From an uncultured candidate division Zixibacteria bacterium (GTDB lineage Bacteria; Zixibacteria; MSB-5A5; UBA10806; 4484-95): a DNA stretch of 64,000 nucleotides. The stretch covers positions 32,001-96,000 of the forward strand of contig CAXXKA010000005.1 in NCBI GenBank assembly GCA_963668625.2, given 5' to 3'. Shown in pieces: positions 1-10,492 of this stretch (its first letter is position 1; each line of letters opens with the position of its first letter). A model generated the notes under the pieces. It saw only the letters and a list, made by a program, of their open reading frames with translations, was not told the DNA's origin and searched no databases. Position numbers and translations under genes: made by a program.

Positions 1-3000
1 TCATTCGGGCTGTAAGCCATATCAGGGGGAGCCGCCAATCCGGTTGCAGTAGTAATCTTAAGCGCTAAACCATCGGCTAATTGAGCGGCGCCGGGATGAT
101 ACACATTGTCGTACTGGTACTCGAGACCATCATTCTGATCGTAGTTTTCGAAACCAACCGAGGAGTAAGCCTCGGGATAATAAGGATCACTGCTGGAGTC
201 ATCATTGTTTATTACCATGTATTGGAATACTATCTCACAGTCACCGGTCGGCGTTGGACGGGAATCCGTATCGTAGAAAATCATTTGGAAAGTCTCGGTT
301 GAATTAGTACGCGCGTGCCTGCATCCGCTCCATTCGATTATGAATAGCCCATTTGTTTGATCATGATATGTATATATACCGTTCGTGCTGCCGGTATATT
401 CGAGATCATCCCAGAACGGCGATATCTGCGCCCGGGCATTGCCGTAATCGGGTATCGGCCAGTTATCCCAGTTATGCCAGTAATTACCGCCGACATCGTA
501 AGGTATTGTATCGAAAGCCACGAAACCGTTGGTTGAGATTATCATATAATCGTAAACTTCGCCATAGTATGTAATATCAAACGGGGGATCGAATTCAACC
601 GAGGCGTCATCCGTGGCAATACTCAGACGAGTACCACTGCCGCCCAGATTCGGGTTGATCTCTATCCAGTCGTAAATCGGGGCGTGAAGGTAACCCATAT
701 CGGTGTTATCGTAGATATAGTAACCATAGTTGTCCGGCCCGATCGGATCGAACGTGTTTATGGTACCGATAACGATCGAGAACGTTTTACTGAAACTGAC
801 GGCCTCGAGGCCGGGATTCGTAGTCGTAAAATTGATAGTGAAATTGACATTACGTCCGTTGTAAGCTTCATTATCAACCGAGATCGTCAGCGGGCTGCCG
901 GAGTTATCGCCGGTAGCGCCGGCGGCTATATTACCCCAGTTGCCTAAATCGTGAGATATCGATACGTATTCGTCCTCACAGCTCAATGTACCCGTGATTC
1001 CAATGCCGTCCAAACCACCGGCATTCATGAATTCGATTACCATATCAGCGGTTTGTCCGGGGTTGATAACATCACCGGAAATATCAGGAAAGCTGACCTC
1101 GAGCTGGGTCGGCTTAACCGATACGGCTTCGACCGCGATTATCGACTGCCAGCTGCCCTGGTTGGAGCTAACATCCACGTACAATAAAACCCTATCGCCA
1201 TGCGGTATATCACCGTCGAGCTCTATCACGAACTCATTGCCGGCATCGGCATCGTTGCCGTATGCTATATCGGGGTAGCTTAAACTACCGGTGATAATAT
1301 TGACTCTCTCGTCATTGGTAGTCAATGTGGCCTGCACGCCGGTTGCATTCTGAGAATTGCCGTAGTTGTGAAGTCTGACTGCCAGACCGAGTTCCTCGCC
1401 GGAATTGGTTTCACCGTCATTGTTACCCGAGGCGTCACTGTAGAGTACGGTATCGATTCCCACCGATACGGCCTGCTGGTTAACCTGGCATTCGGCCATA
1501 TGAGGAATATAATCACGAGCGGTGACGGTCACATGTATAACATCAGTGCCGGAATTATTAAAATCGAAAATAGCCTGACCGGCGGCGTCGGTGTAAGCGC
1601 CCATGTAGATAGTCTCATCGCCCATATCACCCTGTACCAGGTTAACAAAGGCGTTCTCGAGTGGCGAACCGCCTTCACCATTAACAGTAATTGTCATATG
1701 GTTCGTGCCGTATTCTATACTGGAGGGGTGGCTGACTGCCATGCTTTTCGGTATCTCGGTTCTTATCGGAAGTTCGGGGTCACCGAGAGAGTTATAGGTA
1801 TTATAATATCTGTTAACCGAATTTCCCGGCGCGGTAAGTGAGGGGTAAGCCTCATATATTCTCAATTTACCCATGAACATATTCTGGCTGAAATTGTAAA
1901 TTCCCTGTTCGAACAAACTCCAGAAAAATCCGACCATATTGGGATTGTTGTAAGCGGTATGGGTGCTATGATCCGTACAGCCATAGTAATTAGGCCCGCC
2001 CTTGGGTGAGGTGACTGAACCGTAGCGTATCCAGGCCTCGCCGAAACAAACATTCGATCCGTAATCGCCGGTACCGCAAACGATCGATACCATGATACCG
2101 ATTTTCCACCCGTTGGTCAAACTGCTGATATCGGATACCGTATATGACGGGTTATACCAGCCAGAGGAGCCGGCCCAGCCACGATACGATACATACGATA
2201 CGCCGTTATTGATAGCGCCCGGTATCGTGCTCCAGTTCGGCGCGCCGCTGCCCCAGTCGAATACCGTATCAACCTGGGTGTAACCATGTTCCATGGCGAT
2301 ATCGCGCACCCAGAGATTGGTTATACGAGGCGAGGTGGCATAGATATTACCTGCCACGCCCAGTCCGCGTTTCCAATAGCCGGGGTCATCCATGTACGGA
2401 TCCTGTTCGTATCTCAGCACTTTGTACATGGCCGTGCGAAGTTCATTCATATTGTCAACCGACATCCTGGCCAGGAATATATCGGATATATAATCGCTGC
2501 CGTCTACCGTGCTGTACTGATGGTCGGAGGTGTAACTGCTGTACGGGTAATCGGGAATGCGCTGGTCCTCGTCACCGACTAACAGCACGTAATCGGGTGG
2601 TATATCCCAGGTCTCGTAAGCGTTCTCGATATAAGCGTACACCTGGGAAGAGGTCGGTGTACCCGAGGGAGTGATCTCATCGGATTCGACCACGGTGGTG
2701 TAATAACCCTTCTTATGTTTCCAGTCGGCCAGCACCCCGATAGTATCGCCGAAACTATAATTGTTCGGCGCAATGATCAGGTAGCCGCCCTTGCGCGGTT
2801 CGTAATCGGATAAAACATCCTCGGCGTTATCGAACACGGTTCTGTATATATTCAGGAACGAATCGGAGATATAATTGTCTCGCCGCGTTTTTGCGTTAGT
2901 CATATCGGCGCCCTGGTAAACCAGTTCGTAGTTTATACTGGTGTATACGCGAAGCTCTTTGGTTACCGGGTTATACTGTACCGGCTGAATGCCCACTTGC

Positions 3001-3506
3001 ACGAAACGAAAATCGCGCATGATCGCCGGCTCGCCGATACTGACCAAGTTCTCCGGATAGAACCTGTTTTCGGAGTAGACCTCCCGGTTCATCGCGAACT
3101 CATCCGACTGCTCGCCCGATTCCGATTCCAATTTCAATGGCTGCACCGGGGCTATATCGATATCCTCGTAAACCTCGAAAGAGTAGGAGTTGATATTAAC
3201 CTGTACACCCGATTGATCGGGTATGATGATCATCGAGGAGTAAACCGGTACCTCCGGCGAGCCTACCTCGATTGTCGATCCCCAGTCCGTCATCTCATCG
3301 ATTAGCGGAAGAGTTTTGATATACTCGCGTCCGTCAAGTTCCACGGTCTCGGTAGTTAGTCCTGACATACTGAACTCGCATGAGGTTTTAAACTCATCCG
3401 AGGCTGTCACTACCGCGTCTGACTTGACATTCTCGTTGTAGATCAAATTCGTACCCGCTAAACACAGCGATGGCAGCAGAATCAGAACGGCGATTAATCT
3501 TTTCAT
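1..3506 (-). CDS. C25 family (gingipain-like) cysteine peptidase with signal peptide and propeptide; 3' end runs off the window
   Basis: Hand translation from ATG at 3506 (RBS AAGGAG upstream): MKRLIAVLILLPSLCLA..., GYLIIAP...LADWKHKKG, YVLLVGD, SDHQYSTVDGSDYISDIFLARMS, AINNGVSYVSYRGWAG, SIVCGTGDY. The frame is consistent down to base 1; it is absent from the ORF track because no stop lies in the window. Confidence 0.88.
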   Translation of the reverse strand, partial: MKRLIAVLILLPSLCLAGTNLIYNENVKSDAVVTASDEFKTSCEFSMSGLTTETVELDGREYIKTLPLIDEMTDWGSTIEVGSPEVPVYSSMIIIPDQSGVQVNINSYSFEVYEDIDIAPVQPLKLESESGEQSDEFAMNREVYSENRFYPENLVSIGEPAIMRDFRFVQVGIQPVQYNPVTKELRVYTSINYELVYQGADMTNAKTRRDNYISDSFLNIYRTVFDNAEDVLSDYEPRKGGYLIIAPNNYSFGDTIGVLADWKHKKGYYTTVVESDEITPSGTPTSSQVYAYIENAYETWDIPPDYVLLVGDEDQRIPDYPYSSYTSDHQYSTVDGSDYISDIFLARMSVDNMNELRTAMYKVLRYEQDPYMDDPGYWKRGLGVAGNIYATSPRITNLWVRDIAMEHGYTQVDTVFDWGSGAPNWSTIPGAINNGVSYVSYRGWAGSSGWYNPSYTVSDISSLTNGWKIGIMVSIVCGTGDYGSNVCFGEAWIRYGSVTSPKGGPNYYGCTDHSTHTAYNNPNMVGFFWSLFEQGIYNFSQNMFMGKLRIYEAYPSLTAPGNSVNRYYNTYNSLGDPELPIRTEIPKSMAVSHPSSIEYGTNHMTITVNGEGGSPLENAFVNLVQGDMGDETIYMGAYTDAAGQAIFDFNNSGTDVIHVTVTARDYIPHMAECQVNQQAVSVGIDTVLYSDASGNNDGETNSGEELGLAVRLHNYGNSQNATGVQATLTTNDERVNIITGSLSYPDIAYGNDADAGNEFVIELDGDIPHGDRVLLYVDVSSNQGSWQSIIAVEAVSVKPTQLEVSFPDISGDVINPGQTADMVIEFMNAGGLDGIGITGTLSCEDEYVSISHDLGNWGNIAAGATGDNSGSPLTISVDNEAYNGRNVNFTINFTTTNPGLEAVSFSKTFSIVIGTINTFDPIGPDNYGYYIYDNTDMGYLHAPIYDWIEINPNLGGSGTRLSIATDDASVEFDPPFDITYYGEVYDYMIISTNGFVAFDTIPYDVGGNYWHNWDNWPIPDYGNARAQISPFWDDLEYTGSTNGIYTYHDQTNGLFIIEWSGCRHARTNSTETFQMIFYDTDSRPTPTGDCEIVFQYMVINNDDSSSDPYYPEAYSSVGFENYDQNDGLEYQYDNVYHPGAAQLADGLALKITTATGLAAPPDMAYSPN

Positions 3507-3940
3507 GATCTTATCTCCTTAACGGCTTAAGCAATTTCCATTTAACTGGATGCCATAAATAAATTTCAATAACATGGTAGCACTTATACAGTTGTCAATA
3601 AAAAATTTCTCTTCCCTCAGCTACATTGGGATAGGGTCTTTCAGATTGAGTCGTTATGGCGGCAGGGTAGGGGCCATTGGCTTTCAAGTAAGTTACTTCT
3701 CTCCCGTTGAATAAAAATACCTGAATATTACTAACCGCAATCCACAACAACCCTGATAATCTAGTGATTCTCCGACAACATGTCAATAACATAATACCTC
3801 ATCCCACACTTATAAACAATGTCGACCAATCTGTTAATTCCCTGAGTCAAACGGGCTTATTTCCTGCTAAAATATGCTGTAATTCATCGATCCCGTATCA
3901 AAGTGAAGAGGCCGGGGAGGCAGCACACCGATGCTGTCCT

Positions 3941-4119
3941 GTGGCTGGCGGATGTCCTCGTTCGCCGGCTTTCGTTAGCAGGCAGGTCAGTCGAGGCGCC
4001 ACCGGGGCAGCCCAAACCGCGTGTCTTATGGTACATCCCCATTGTCATCCCGGACTCGATCCGGGATCCAGGGTTGGGGTGATGAATGTTGTCATCCCAA
4101 ACTCGATCCATAACCCAGG
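3941..4119. repeat. cluster of REP-like palindromes
   Basis: GTGGCTGGCGGATGTCCTCGTTCGCCGGCT (3941-3970) is nearly repeated at 44390-44419. TGTCATCCCGGACTCGATCCGGGATCCAGG (4043-4072) has a degenerate copy at 4090-4119 and another at 54280-54309. Confidence 0.7.
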
Positions 4120-4235
4120 GGAAGGGTACAGCTAGCGGTATTTCCCAAAAAACACTTGCCCAAAACATACCGCATAAGCTATTATACAAAATAACCAAAG
4201 GGCGCAGTATAACAACAATAGATTGGGGATTCCTC

Positions 4236-6518
4236 ATGAGTGATTTGGATATTATAAAAGAGCTGGAAGATGAGCTGGGGTTTGAAATACCGCAGGCGGA
4301 TGAAATAAAAATCTTCTCGCCAGGCTATACAATAACTAATAATATAGTATTAGGCCTTTCAGTATATGATGGAAATCTTAAAAATTTCCCCGAATCTATT
4401 ACGAAATTGAATAGCCTGCAGAGATTATCTTTAAGTTATAATCAGCTAAGCACACTGCCCGAATCTATTACGAAATTGAATAACCTGCAGGAATTAGATT
4501 TAGACAACAATCAGCTAAGCACACTGCCCGAATCTATTACGAAATTGAATAACCTGCAGAGATTAGATTTAGGCAACAATCAACTAAGCACTCTGCCCGA
4601 ATCTATTACGAAATTGAATAACCTGCAGGAATTAAATTTAAGCGATAATCAGCTAAGCACACTGCCCGAATCTATTACGAAATTGAATAACCTGCAGAGA
4701 TTAGATTTACACAATAATCAGCTAATTACACTGCCCGAATCTATTACGAAATTGAATAACCTGCAGGAATTATATTTACACAATAATCAGCTAAGCACAC
4801 TGCCCGAATCTATTACGAAATTGTATAACCTGCAGAGATTAGATTTAGGTGGTAATCCTCTTAAAACCCCGCCGATGGAGATTGCTGAAAAAGGCATCGG
4901 GGCTATACGTGAGTATTTCAAATCACTTGAGGGTGAGGAACAGCTACCATTAAACGAGGTTAAAGTGCTGTTCGTAGGGGATGGCGAAGCAGGAAAAACA
5001 TCATTAATTAAGCAATTGACAGGATTAGAATTCGATCCGCATGAAGAGCAGACTTACGGCGTAAATATCAATAAATGGCCGATCTCTATAAACGGCACCG
5101 ATGTCAAACTTCATCTCTGGGATTTTGGCGGCCAGGTTATCATGCACAGTACCCATCAGTTTTTTCTGTCTAAGCGGAGTTTCTATGTGCTGGTTCTTGA
5201 TGGCCGCAAAGAGGAAAACCCGGAATACTGGTTAAAGCTTATTGAAAGCTATGGCGGCGACTCACCCATAATGATAGTAATAAACAAGATCGATCAAAAT
5301 CCCGGCTATGATGTTAACAAGGAATTTCTAAAAGATAAATACAAAGGCATAAAGGGATTTTCAAAACTGTCTTGTTGGACAGGCGATGGTGTTGGGGAGT
5401 TCACGGATGAATTATATAGCGAAATAGCTAAAATGGATTCGATCAGCACCACCTGGGGTAAAAGCTGGTTTGATATAAAAACGAAATTAGAGGATATGAA
5501 GGATAACTATATCACTCTCGAGGATTTTAATGAAATTTGTGCGGATGTTAAACTGCTCGGAAAAAAGAATCAGGATACTTTAGTTGAATTCCTTCATGAC
5601 CTGGGAATAGCCTTGCACTATAAAGAACTGACACTGCTGGGAACACATATACTAAATCCCAAATGGGCAACTCAAGCGGTTTATAAAATTATCACCTATT
5701 CAAAACTTGCCAGATGTAAAGGTGTACTTGCTGTTGATAGTTTCAATGAGATACTGAAAAAGAAAAAGGAAGGGGACTATGAATACCCACCGAGCAAATT
5801 TGAGTATATCGTAAATTTGATGAAGAAATTCGAGCTTTGTTATAAAATTGATGAAAAGACTATACTAATCCCCGATCTCTTGGATATTCAAGAACCTAAG
5901 TTTGAATTCAACTATATAAACGCACTGAATTTCATTCTTGATTTTGACTATCTGCCAAAATCAATAATACCAAGATTTATCGTTAAAATGAACAAAGACA
6001 TTAAAAACAACTACCAGTGGAGAACCGGTGTTGTCCTAGAGGATGAGAACTATAAATCAACTGCTGTTATAAAGGCAGATATTGAATCGGAAAGAATTTA
6101 TATATATGTAGAAGGATCGCAAAGACGGGATTATTTTACGATTATACTTTTCACTTTTAGGGAAATTATAAACACATTTAAGAAATTGAATTACAAAGAG
6201 CAAATACCAATGCCGGATAATCCCGAAATAAAAGTGTCATATAAACACTTGGTGTATTTAGAGGAACGCGGTATTGAAATCTACATTCCTGATGGTGCCG
6301 AAAAAGAATATAACGTTAAAAAGTTGCTTGGAAACATTAAGCCAGATAGAATAAGCGAACAAGAGCTTGCAACATTATTAAAAAGCTTAAAGAAGCGTTT
6401 CGATTCCGAAGAGGATTTCACATCTACAATATTTGGTGTTCTAAAATTTAAACCAAAAATCTTTGGTATAGAGGTAGATATAATAAAATTAATTAAGAAA
6501 TTATTTAAACCGACTTAA
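4236..6518 (+). CDS. Roco protein (LRR - Roc GTPase - COR)
   Basis: Seven 23-aa LRRs, then NPLKTPP, P-loop GDGEAGKTS, WDFGGQ and NKID, followed by a COR region (ILNPKW, WRTGVVL). Likely start is ATG 4236 (MSDLDIIKEL). Confidence 0.93.
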   Translation: MSDLDIIKELEDELGFEIPQADEIKIFSPGYTITNNIVLGLSVYDGNLKNFPESITKLNSLQRLSLSYNQLSTLPESITKLNNLQELDLDNNQLSTLPESITKLNNLQRLDLGNNQLSTLPESITKLNNLQELNLSDNQLSTLPESITKLNNLQRLDLHNNQLITLPESITKLNNLQELYLHNNQLSTLPESITKLYNLQRLDLGGNPLKTPPMEIAEKGIGAIREYFKSLEGEEQLPLNEVKVLFVGDGEAGKTSLIKQLTGLEFDPHEEQTYGVNINKWPISINGTDVKLHLWDFGGQVIMHSTHQFFLSKRSFYVLVLDGRKEENPEYWLKLIESYGGDSPIMIVINKIDQNPGYDVNKEFLKDKYKGIKGFSKLSCWTGDGVGEFTDELYSEIAKMDSISTTWGKSWFDIKTKLEDMKDNYITLEDFNEICADVKLLGKKNQDTLVEFLHDLGIALHYKELTLLGTHILNPKWATQAVYKIITYSKLARCKGVLAVDSFNEILKKKKEGDYEYPPSKFEYIVNLMKKFELCYKIDEKTILIPDLLDIQEPKFEFNYINALNFILDFDYLPKSIIPRFIVKMNKDIKNNYQWRTGVVLEDENYKSTAVIKADIESERIYIYVEGSQRRDYFTIILFTFREIINTFKKLNYKEQIPMPDNPEIKVSYKHLVYLEERGIEIYIPDGAEKEYNVKKLLGNIKPDRISEQELATLLKSLKKRFDSEEDFTSTIFGVLKFKPKIFGIEVDIIKLIKKLFKPT
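4389..4860 (+). repeat. 7 x 69-bp near-identical tandem repeats encoding LRRs
   Basis: CCCGAATCTATTACGAAATTG recurs at 4389, 4458, 4527, 4596, 4665, 4734 and 4803. Confidence 0.95.
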
Positions 6519-6529
6519 ATTAAATAAAA

Positions 6530-6615
6530 TGCCGGAGGTCGGAATCGAACCGACACGGGGTTTTGGCCCCGCCGGATTTTGAGTCCGGTGCGTCTACCAA
6601 TTTCACCACTCCGGC
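6530..6615 (-). tRNA. tRNA-Leu (CAA)
   Basis: Reverse complement GCCGGAGTGGTGAAATTGGTAGACGCACCGGACTCAAAATCCGG...GGTTCGATTCCGACCTCCGGCA. Acceptor stem GCCGGAG/CTCCGGC, anticodon loop CT-CAA-AA, long variable arm, no encoded CCA. Confidence 0.96.
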
Positions 6616-6720
6616 ATACACGCAAAAACCAATAGTAAACTAATTTGTCCCCACAGTCAAGAATTTTGTAATACGAAATTTCAAATTACCATATCACACT
6701 TAAAACAGGGAAGAGGCCGC

Positions 6721-6779
6721 CATTGCGAGGGGCTGCCACATATCGACGATCGCTTCGCCCGGTTCGCTCCCTCGCAATG
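6721..6779. repeat. REP-like inverted repeat / possible terminator
   Basis: CATTGCGAGGG ... CCCTCGCAATG inverted arms just downstream of the TPR gene. Confidence 0.55.
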
Positions 6780-6790
6780 ACAGGTAATGT

Positions 6791-8230
6791 CTACATCCTC
6801 ATCATGGCGTCATCGCGTACCATCGCATATACCATATTGTTGCGATTCCAGTGCGCTACTTTCTTGAACAGCGACCGCGCCTCCTCGTTTCTATCGGCTT
6901 TCTCCAGCGCCATCGCATGGTAGTATTGCTGATACATATTCTGCGGGTTAGCCATAGCAAAATGCTCAAGCGCTTTATCGATATCGCCGCCGGCCAGGTA
7001 GGTTAACCCCGCCAGGCCGTGATAGTTAAGCATATTAACCTCATTACCCGAGGCCTCAGCCGACAGGCGGAATTTCTCCAGACGCTCCACCGCTTCATCC
7101 ATTTTACCCTGGCTGGCATAAACACGCGCCTCGACAGCATCCACGGCGCGTATTAAACCCTCGCTGGCCGCTTTTTGAAGTTTCGGATTTTTGGCCAGTT
7201 CCCGTTCGACAGCCGCCTCAGCCAGCGCTTTCTTATAATCGCCGCGCTGTATATATATCAATGCCAGTTGTTGATGAACCCCGCCGGCGTTGGCTATCTG
7301 GTCGCGCGCCATAGCGAATTCGATCTGCTCTCGCAGTGTCTTGATAGCTTTATCCAGCTTGTCCTGGTGAACATAAGCCGTGGCAGACCAGAAAAAATAT
7401 ACGTTGGTATCGGCCACGCTCCTGGCATTCGTCAGGAAAGCGCGATAATTCTCGAGAGCCTTGTCGAATTTCTTGGTGAAACAATAGTTATGCCCCAGTC
7501 CGGCATGAGAGGCGTTGAAATTGGGGTCTTTCTCGAGCGAGGTTTCGTAAGCTTTTATCGAGTTCTCGTAATTGCCGCTGTGGAGGTATATCTCGCCCAT
7601 GGAATCGTACGGATTGGGATCATCCGGGCGCAGCGAGGCGTAGGTTTTCAGGGCATCGATTGCCTCGGGATATTTCATCTGGTTGGAATAAGCATATGCC
7701 AGCATATTGTAAACCGGCGCGAATTTCGGATCGAGCTCGGTTATTTTGAAAAACTCCCTCTCGGCGTTAGCCCATTCCTGCTGCCCGAAATAAAATATGC
7801 CCATCAGGTAATGCGCACGGCGGCTTTCCGGCAGAAGCTGCACCAGTTTTTCCAGATAAATCCGGGCCTCGGCTGTGTTATCCTCGCTGTTGGCCTGCAT
7901 CTGCATGATCGCAAGCTGTTCCGGCTCGGTTGCGCCATCCTTATACTGCATTGCCAGCGCCAGATGGTTGCGGAAATCATCCCCGGTGGTTGCTGTCTGG
8001 GCGCGATAAAAATGCGCCATCGCGAATTTCGGATCTGCCTCCAGCGCCTGATCCAGTAATGTTCGGGCGTTGTTCAATTGAAGCATATCCAGTTCTGCCA
8101 ATCCCCGCGTGAAATGATCTAAAGCCTGCGCCGAATCGGTAGTATAAACGAAATCTTTCGGTTGCTGGCTGCAGGATACGATCAATAAAAACATCAATAC
8201 ACATGCAAAGCCCAGTTTAAATAGCCTCAT
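6791..8230 (-). CDS. TPR-repeat lipoprotein
   Basis: Start MRLFKL after RBS AGGAGG, lipobox LIVSC, many TPR motifs (AHYLMGIFY, VYNMLAYAY, PYDSMGEIY). Confidence 0.85.
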   Translation of the reverse strand: MRLFKLGFACVLMFLLIVSCSQQPKDFVYTTDSAQALDHFTRGLAELDMLQLNNARTLLDQALEADPKFAMAHFYRAQTATTGDDFRNHLALAMQYKDGATEPEQLAIMQMQANSEDNTAEARIYLEKLVQLLPESRRAHYLMGIFYFGQQEWANAEREFFKITELDPKFAPVYNMLAYAYSNQMKYPEAIDALKTYASLRPDDPNPYDSMGEIYLHSGNYENSIKAYETSLEKDPNFNASHAGLGHNYCFTKKFDKALENYRAFLTNARSVADTNVYFFWSATAYVHQDKLDKAIKTLREQIEFAMARDQIANAGGVHQQLALIYIQRGDYKKALAEAAVERELAKNPKLQKAASEGLIRAVDAVEARVYASQGKMDEAVERLEKFRLSAEASGNEVNMLNYHGLAGLTYLAGGDIDKALEHFAMANPQNMYQQYYHAMALEKADRNEEARSLFKKVAHWNRNNMVYAMVRDDAMMRM

Positions 8231-8537
8231 GTTTCTCCTCCTTAGTAATTTAAATTTATGTTGAACATATATTGCTAATGCACAGCCCTGAGAGTTCATA
8301 GCTTAGATTAAATATATACATATATCAAGTAAAAATATTCTCCCGCAATTGAATGGCATGTTATATGTATCATTTACTAAGTCAAATCGTTGCCCCTATC
8401 AATAGCTGAGTTTTCAGGAATACTTTCCTGACTATACCGGCCCGTGACTCGAAAATCTCCTATGCTATGGTGTAAGGAATCCTTTCTTGACACCTCATTA
8501 CATGCGATCTACGATTCTGAAAAATCCTAAATGAATC

Positions 8538-9524
8538 TTACCGGAAATCTCTCACGGCCGCGACGATATTATCTAGTTTGGCCTTGCTCTCCTCGATCGT
8601 ACGTGTCTTCAAACCGCAATCGGGATCGATCCATAACTGCTCTTTCGGAATAAACTCGAGTGCCTGCTTAATCCGATCCTTGATCACGCTTACACCCTCC
8701 AATTCATGCGTATGGACATCCACGACCCCGAAAGAGATATCCTTGGTAAAAGGGTACTGTTTGAATTTCTCCAGCATTGCCAGGTCGGAATTGGATAGCT
8801 CCAGATCGATATTATCAACCGGGATTTCCAGCATTTTCGGGTAAATTTTCTCGAATGTACCATAACAGATATGTGTGACAAAATAGGCATTCTGGCCATC
8901 GGTAACATGATGCATTGCCTCGATTGCCAGATCGAGTTCATCGGTTCTGACCGATATTGCCGGTTCATCTATCTGGATGATCTTACAGCCGACCTCGATC
9001 AGCGAGGCGACCTCCAGACGTATACATTCGGCCAGGGCCATAGCGGCGGCTTTGCGATCCTCGTAATACTCGTTAAAAGACCAATCCATGATAGTGTAAG
9101 GCCCGGTGAGCATGCCTTTAACGGGCCGGGAGATTTTCGACTGGGAGTAGCTCCACCACTCGGAGGTCATAGAATATGGCCATTTAACTTCGCCCACTAT
9201 GATCGGTTTGTAGTAGAATCGATTGCCATACGAACGCACCAGCCCGCCTTTATCGAATCCCGGCATATGCTCGGCAAAAAACGCAACCATATCACCGCGA
9301 TACATCTCGCCATCGACCAGTACATCGATACCGGCTTTATCCTGGTAATCCAGCCACTCATCCGTTGCCTGACATTCCAACCGTTTGAGTTGCTCCTTGC
9401 TGATCCGGTTTTTGGAAAACTCGAATCTGGCTTTAGTCAGGTACCTCGGTTTGGGGAATGAACCGACACTGGTAATTGGTAGGAAGGGAAGCTCTATGCC
9501 CAATTTTCTCAGCTTCTCATTCAT
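8538..9524 (-). CDS. metE: cobalamin-independent methionine synthase, catalytic C-terminal half (split MetE)
   Basis: TSVGSFPKP, DGEMYRGDMV, KGMLTGPYT, IQIDEPA; Zn ligands HIC, E and PDCGLK. Confidence 0.88.
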   Translation of the reverse strand: MNEKLRKLGIELPFLPITSVGSFPKPRYLTKARFEFSKNRISKEQLKRLECQATDEWLDYQDKAGIDVLVDGEMYRGDMVAFFAEHMPGFDKGGLVRSYGNRFYYKPIIVGEVKWPYSMTSEWWSYSQSKISRPVKGMLTGPYTIMDWSFNEYYEDRKAAAMALAECIRLEVASLIEVGCKIIQIDEPAISVRTDELDLAIEAMHHVTDGQNAYFVTHICYGTFEKIYPKMLEIPVDNIDLELSNSDLAMLEKFKQYPFTKDISFGVVDVHTHELEGVSVIKDRIKQALEFIPKEQLWIDPDCGLKTRTIEESKAKLDNIVAAVRDFR

Positions 9525-10492
9525 TATTCGCCTCCCTTAATAAATGCTACTGTCGTCGCCGCCAGTTTCAGTTTATCGTAAGCCCTGCCGCGCGGTAAGA
9601 ACTCCAGCCCACAGCTTGTACTTAAATAAGCCCTGTCGGAGTTGACTTTCTCTAATATCGATTCGGCTATGATTGCCATTCTTTCAGGTTTTTCAAGTTT
9701 CGTGTTTCGGCCATCGATTATGCCCAACCCGATATTCTTATCGAATCCCTTAAGGCTATCCGATAAACCGGGGGAGTAGGTGAAATCAAGCATCAGGCTA
9801 TCGACATTCAGCTCGGCTAGCTTTTCTATATGAGGCGTGATATTACCGAAATAAAAAGCCAACATAAGCTCGGGGATTTCGTCATGACCGGAAATCGTGT
9901 CATATAATGATTTAAACAAATCGAAATCCTCAGGCTGAGCGAGAATTGCCGGCTCATCAAGCTGGACTAAACAGGCGCCCTCGGCTTTTAGCGCCACTAG
10001 TTCGACCATGTAGATATTTATCAACTCCTCCAACCGTGTCTCGAAATCCATATCGATATTTGACAGCCTGAGCAAACTATATGGCCCGAACATCACCGCT
10101 GAAGCTTTTTCCTCAGCTAACCTGGCGCTGAACTTGTAATCCTCCACGATCAGGCTCTTATCGGCAGTAAATGCCCCCGTGACTTTCGGTTGACGGTATA
10201 AGTAATTAGTATCGAAAAACCTGAGCAAGCCGGTAATCTCGAAACCATCTATTTTGCCGGCCAGATAGGAGAGAGGATCGTAAGTTCTCACCATGCCATC
10301 GGTAATAATATCGCAACCGGAATTTACCTGCTCGGTTACTATTTTGGCCACCGTATCATCAAGTATACGAGCCACCTCCGTCGCTGTCATCCGGCCTTTA
10401 TCGAGGCTGTTATATGCTTTTCTCAGACATTGTAGCTCCGGCGTATCGCCCACCCGGGGATAAGATGAATGGTTTTTAGAAAATATCTGCAT
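9524..10492 (-). CDS. MetE N-terminal barrel-like half (split MetE partner)
   Basis: SYPRVG, RFFDTNYLYRQP, VQLDEPA, GIIDGRNTKLE, TSCGLEFLP. Its stop overlaps the start of the downstream MetE half. Confidence 0.8.
   Translation of the reverse strand: MQIFSKNHSSYPRVGDTPELQCLRKAYNSLDKGRMTATEVARILDDTVAKIVTEQVNSGCDIITDGMVRTYDPLSYLAGKIDGFEITGLLRFFDTNYLYRQPKVTGAFTADKSLIVEDYKFSARLAEEKASAVMFGPYSLLRLSNIDMDFETRLEELINIYMVELVALKAEGACLVQLDEPAILAQPEDFDLFKSLYDTISGHDEIPELMLAFYFGNITPHIEKLAELNVDSLMLDFTYSPGLSDSLKGFDKNIGLGIIDGRNTKLEKPERMAIIAESILEKVNSDRAYLSTSCGLEFLPRGRAYDKLKLAATTVAFIKGGE

Noticed and set aside
81-3305. Many short plus-strand and off-frame ORFs in the track
   Set aside because: They are shadows of the long minus-strand C25 peptidase gene.
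3520-3800. Possible riboswitch in the leader of the C25 gene; SAM or cobalamin riboswitch near metE/yitJ
   Set aside because: No recognisable conserved aptamer motifs by eye; an Infernal/Rfam scan would be needed.
4389-4860. CRISPR-like periodic repeat
   Set aside because: These are 69-bp in-frame coding LRR repeats without unique spacers, and no cas genes are present.
6530-6615. Integrative element at tRNA-Leu
   Set aside because: No duplicated tRNA 3' end or integrase is seen in the window.
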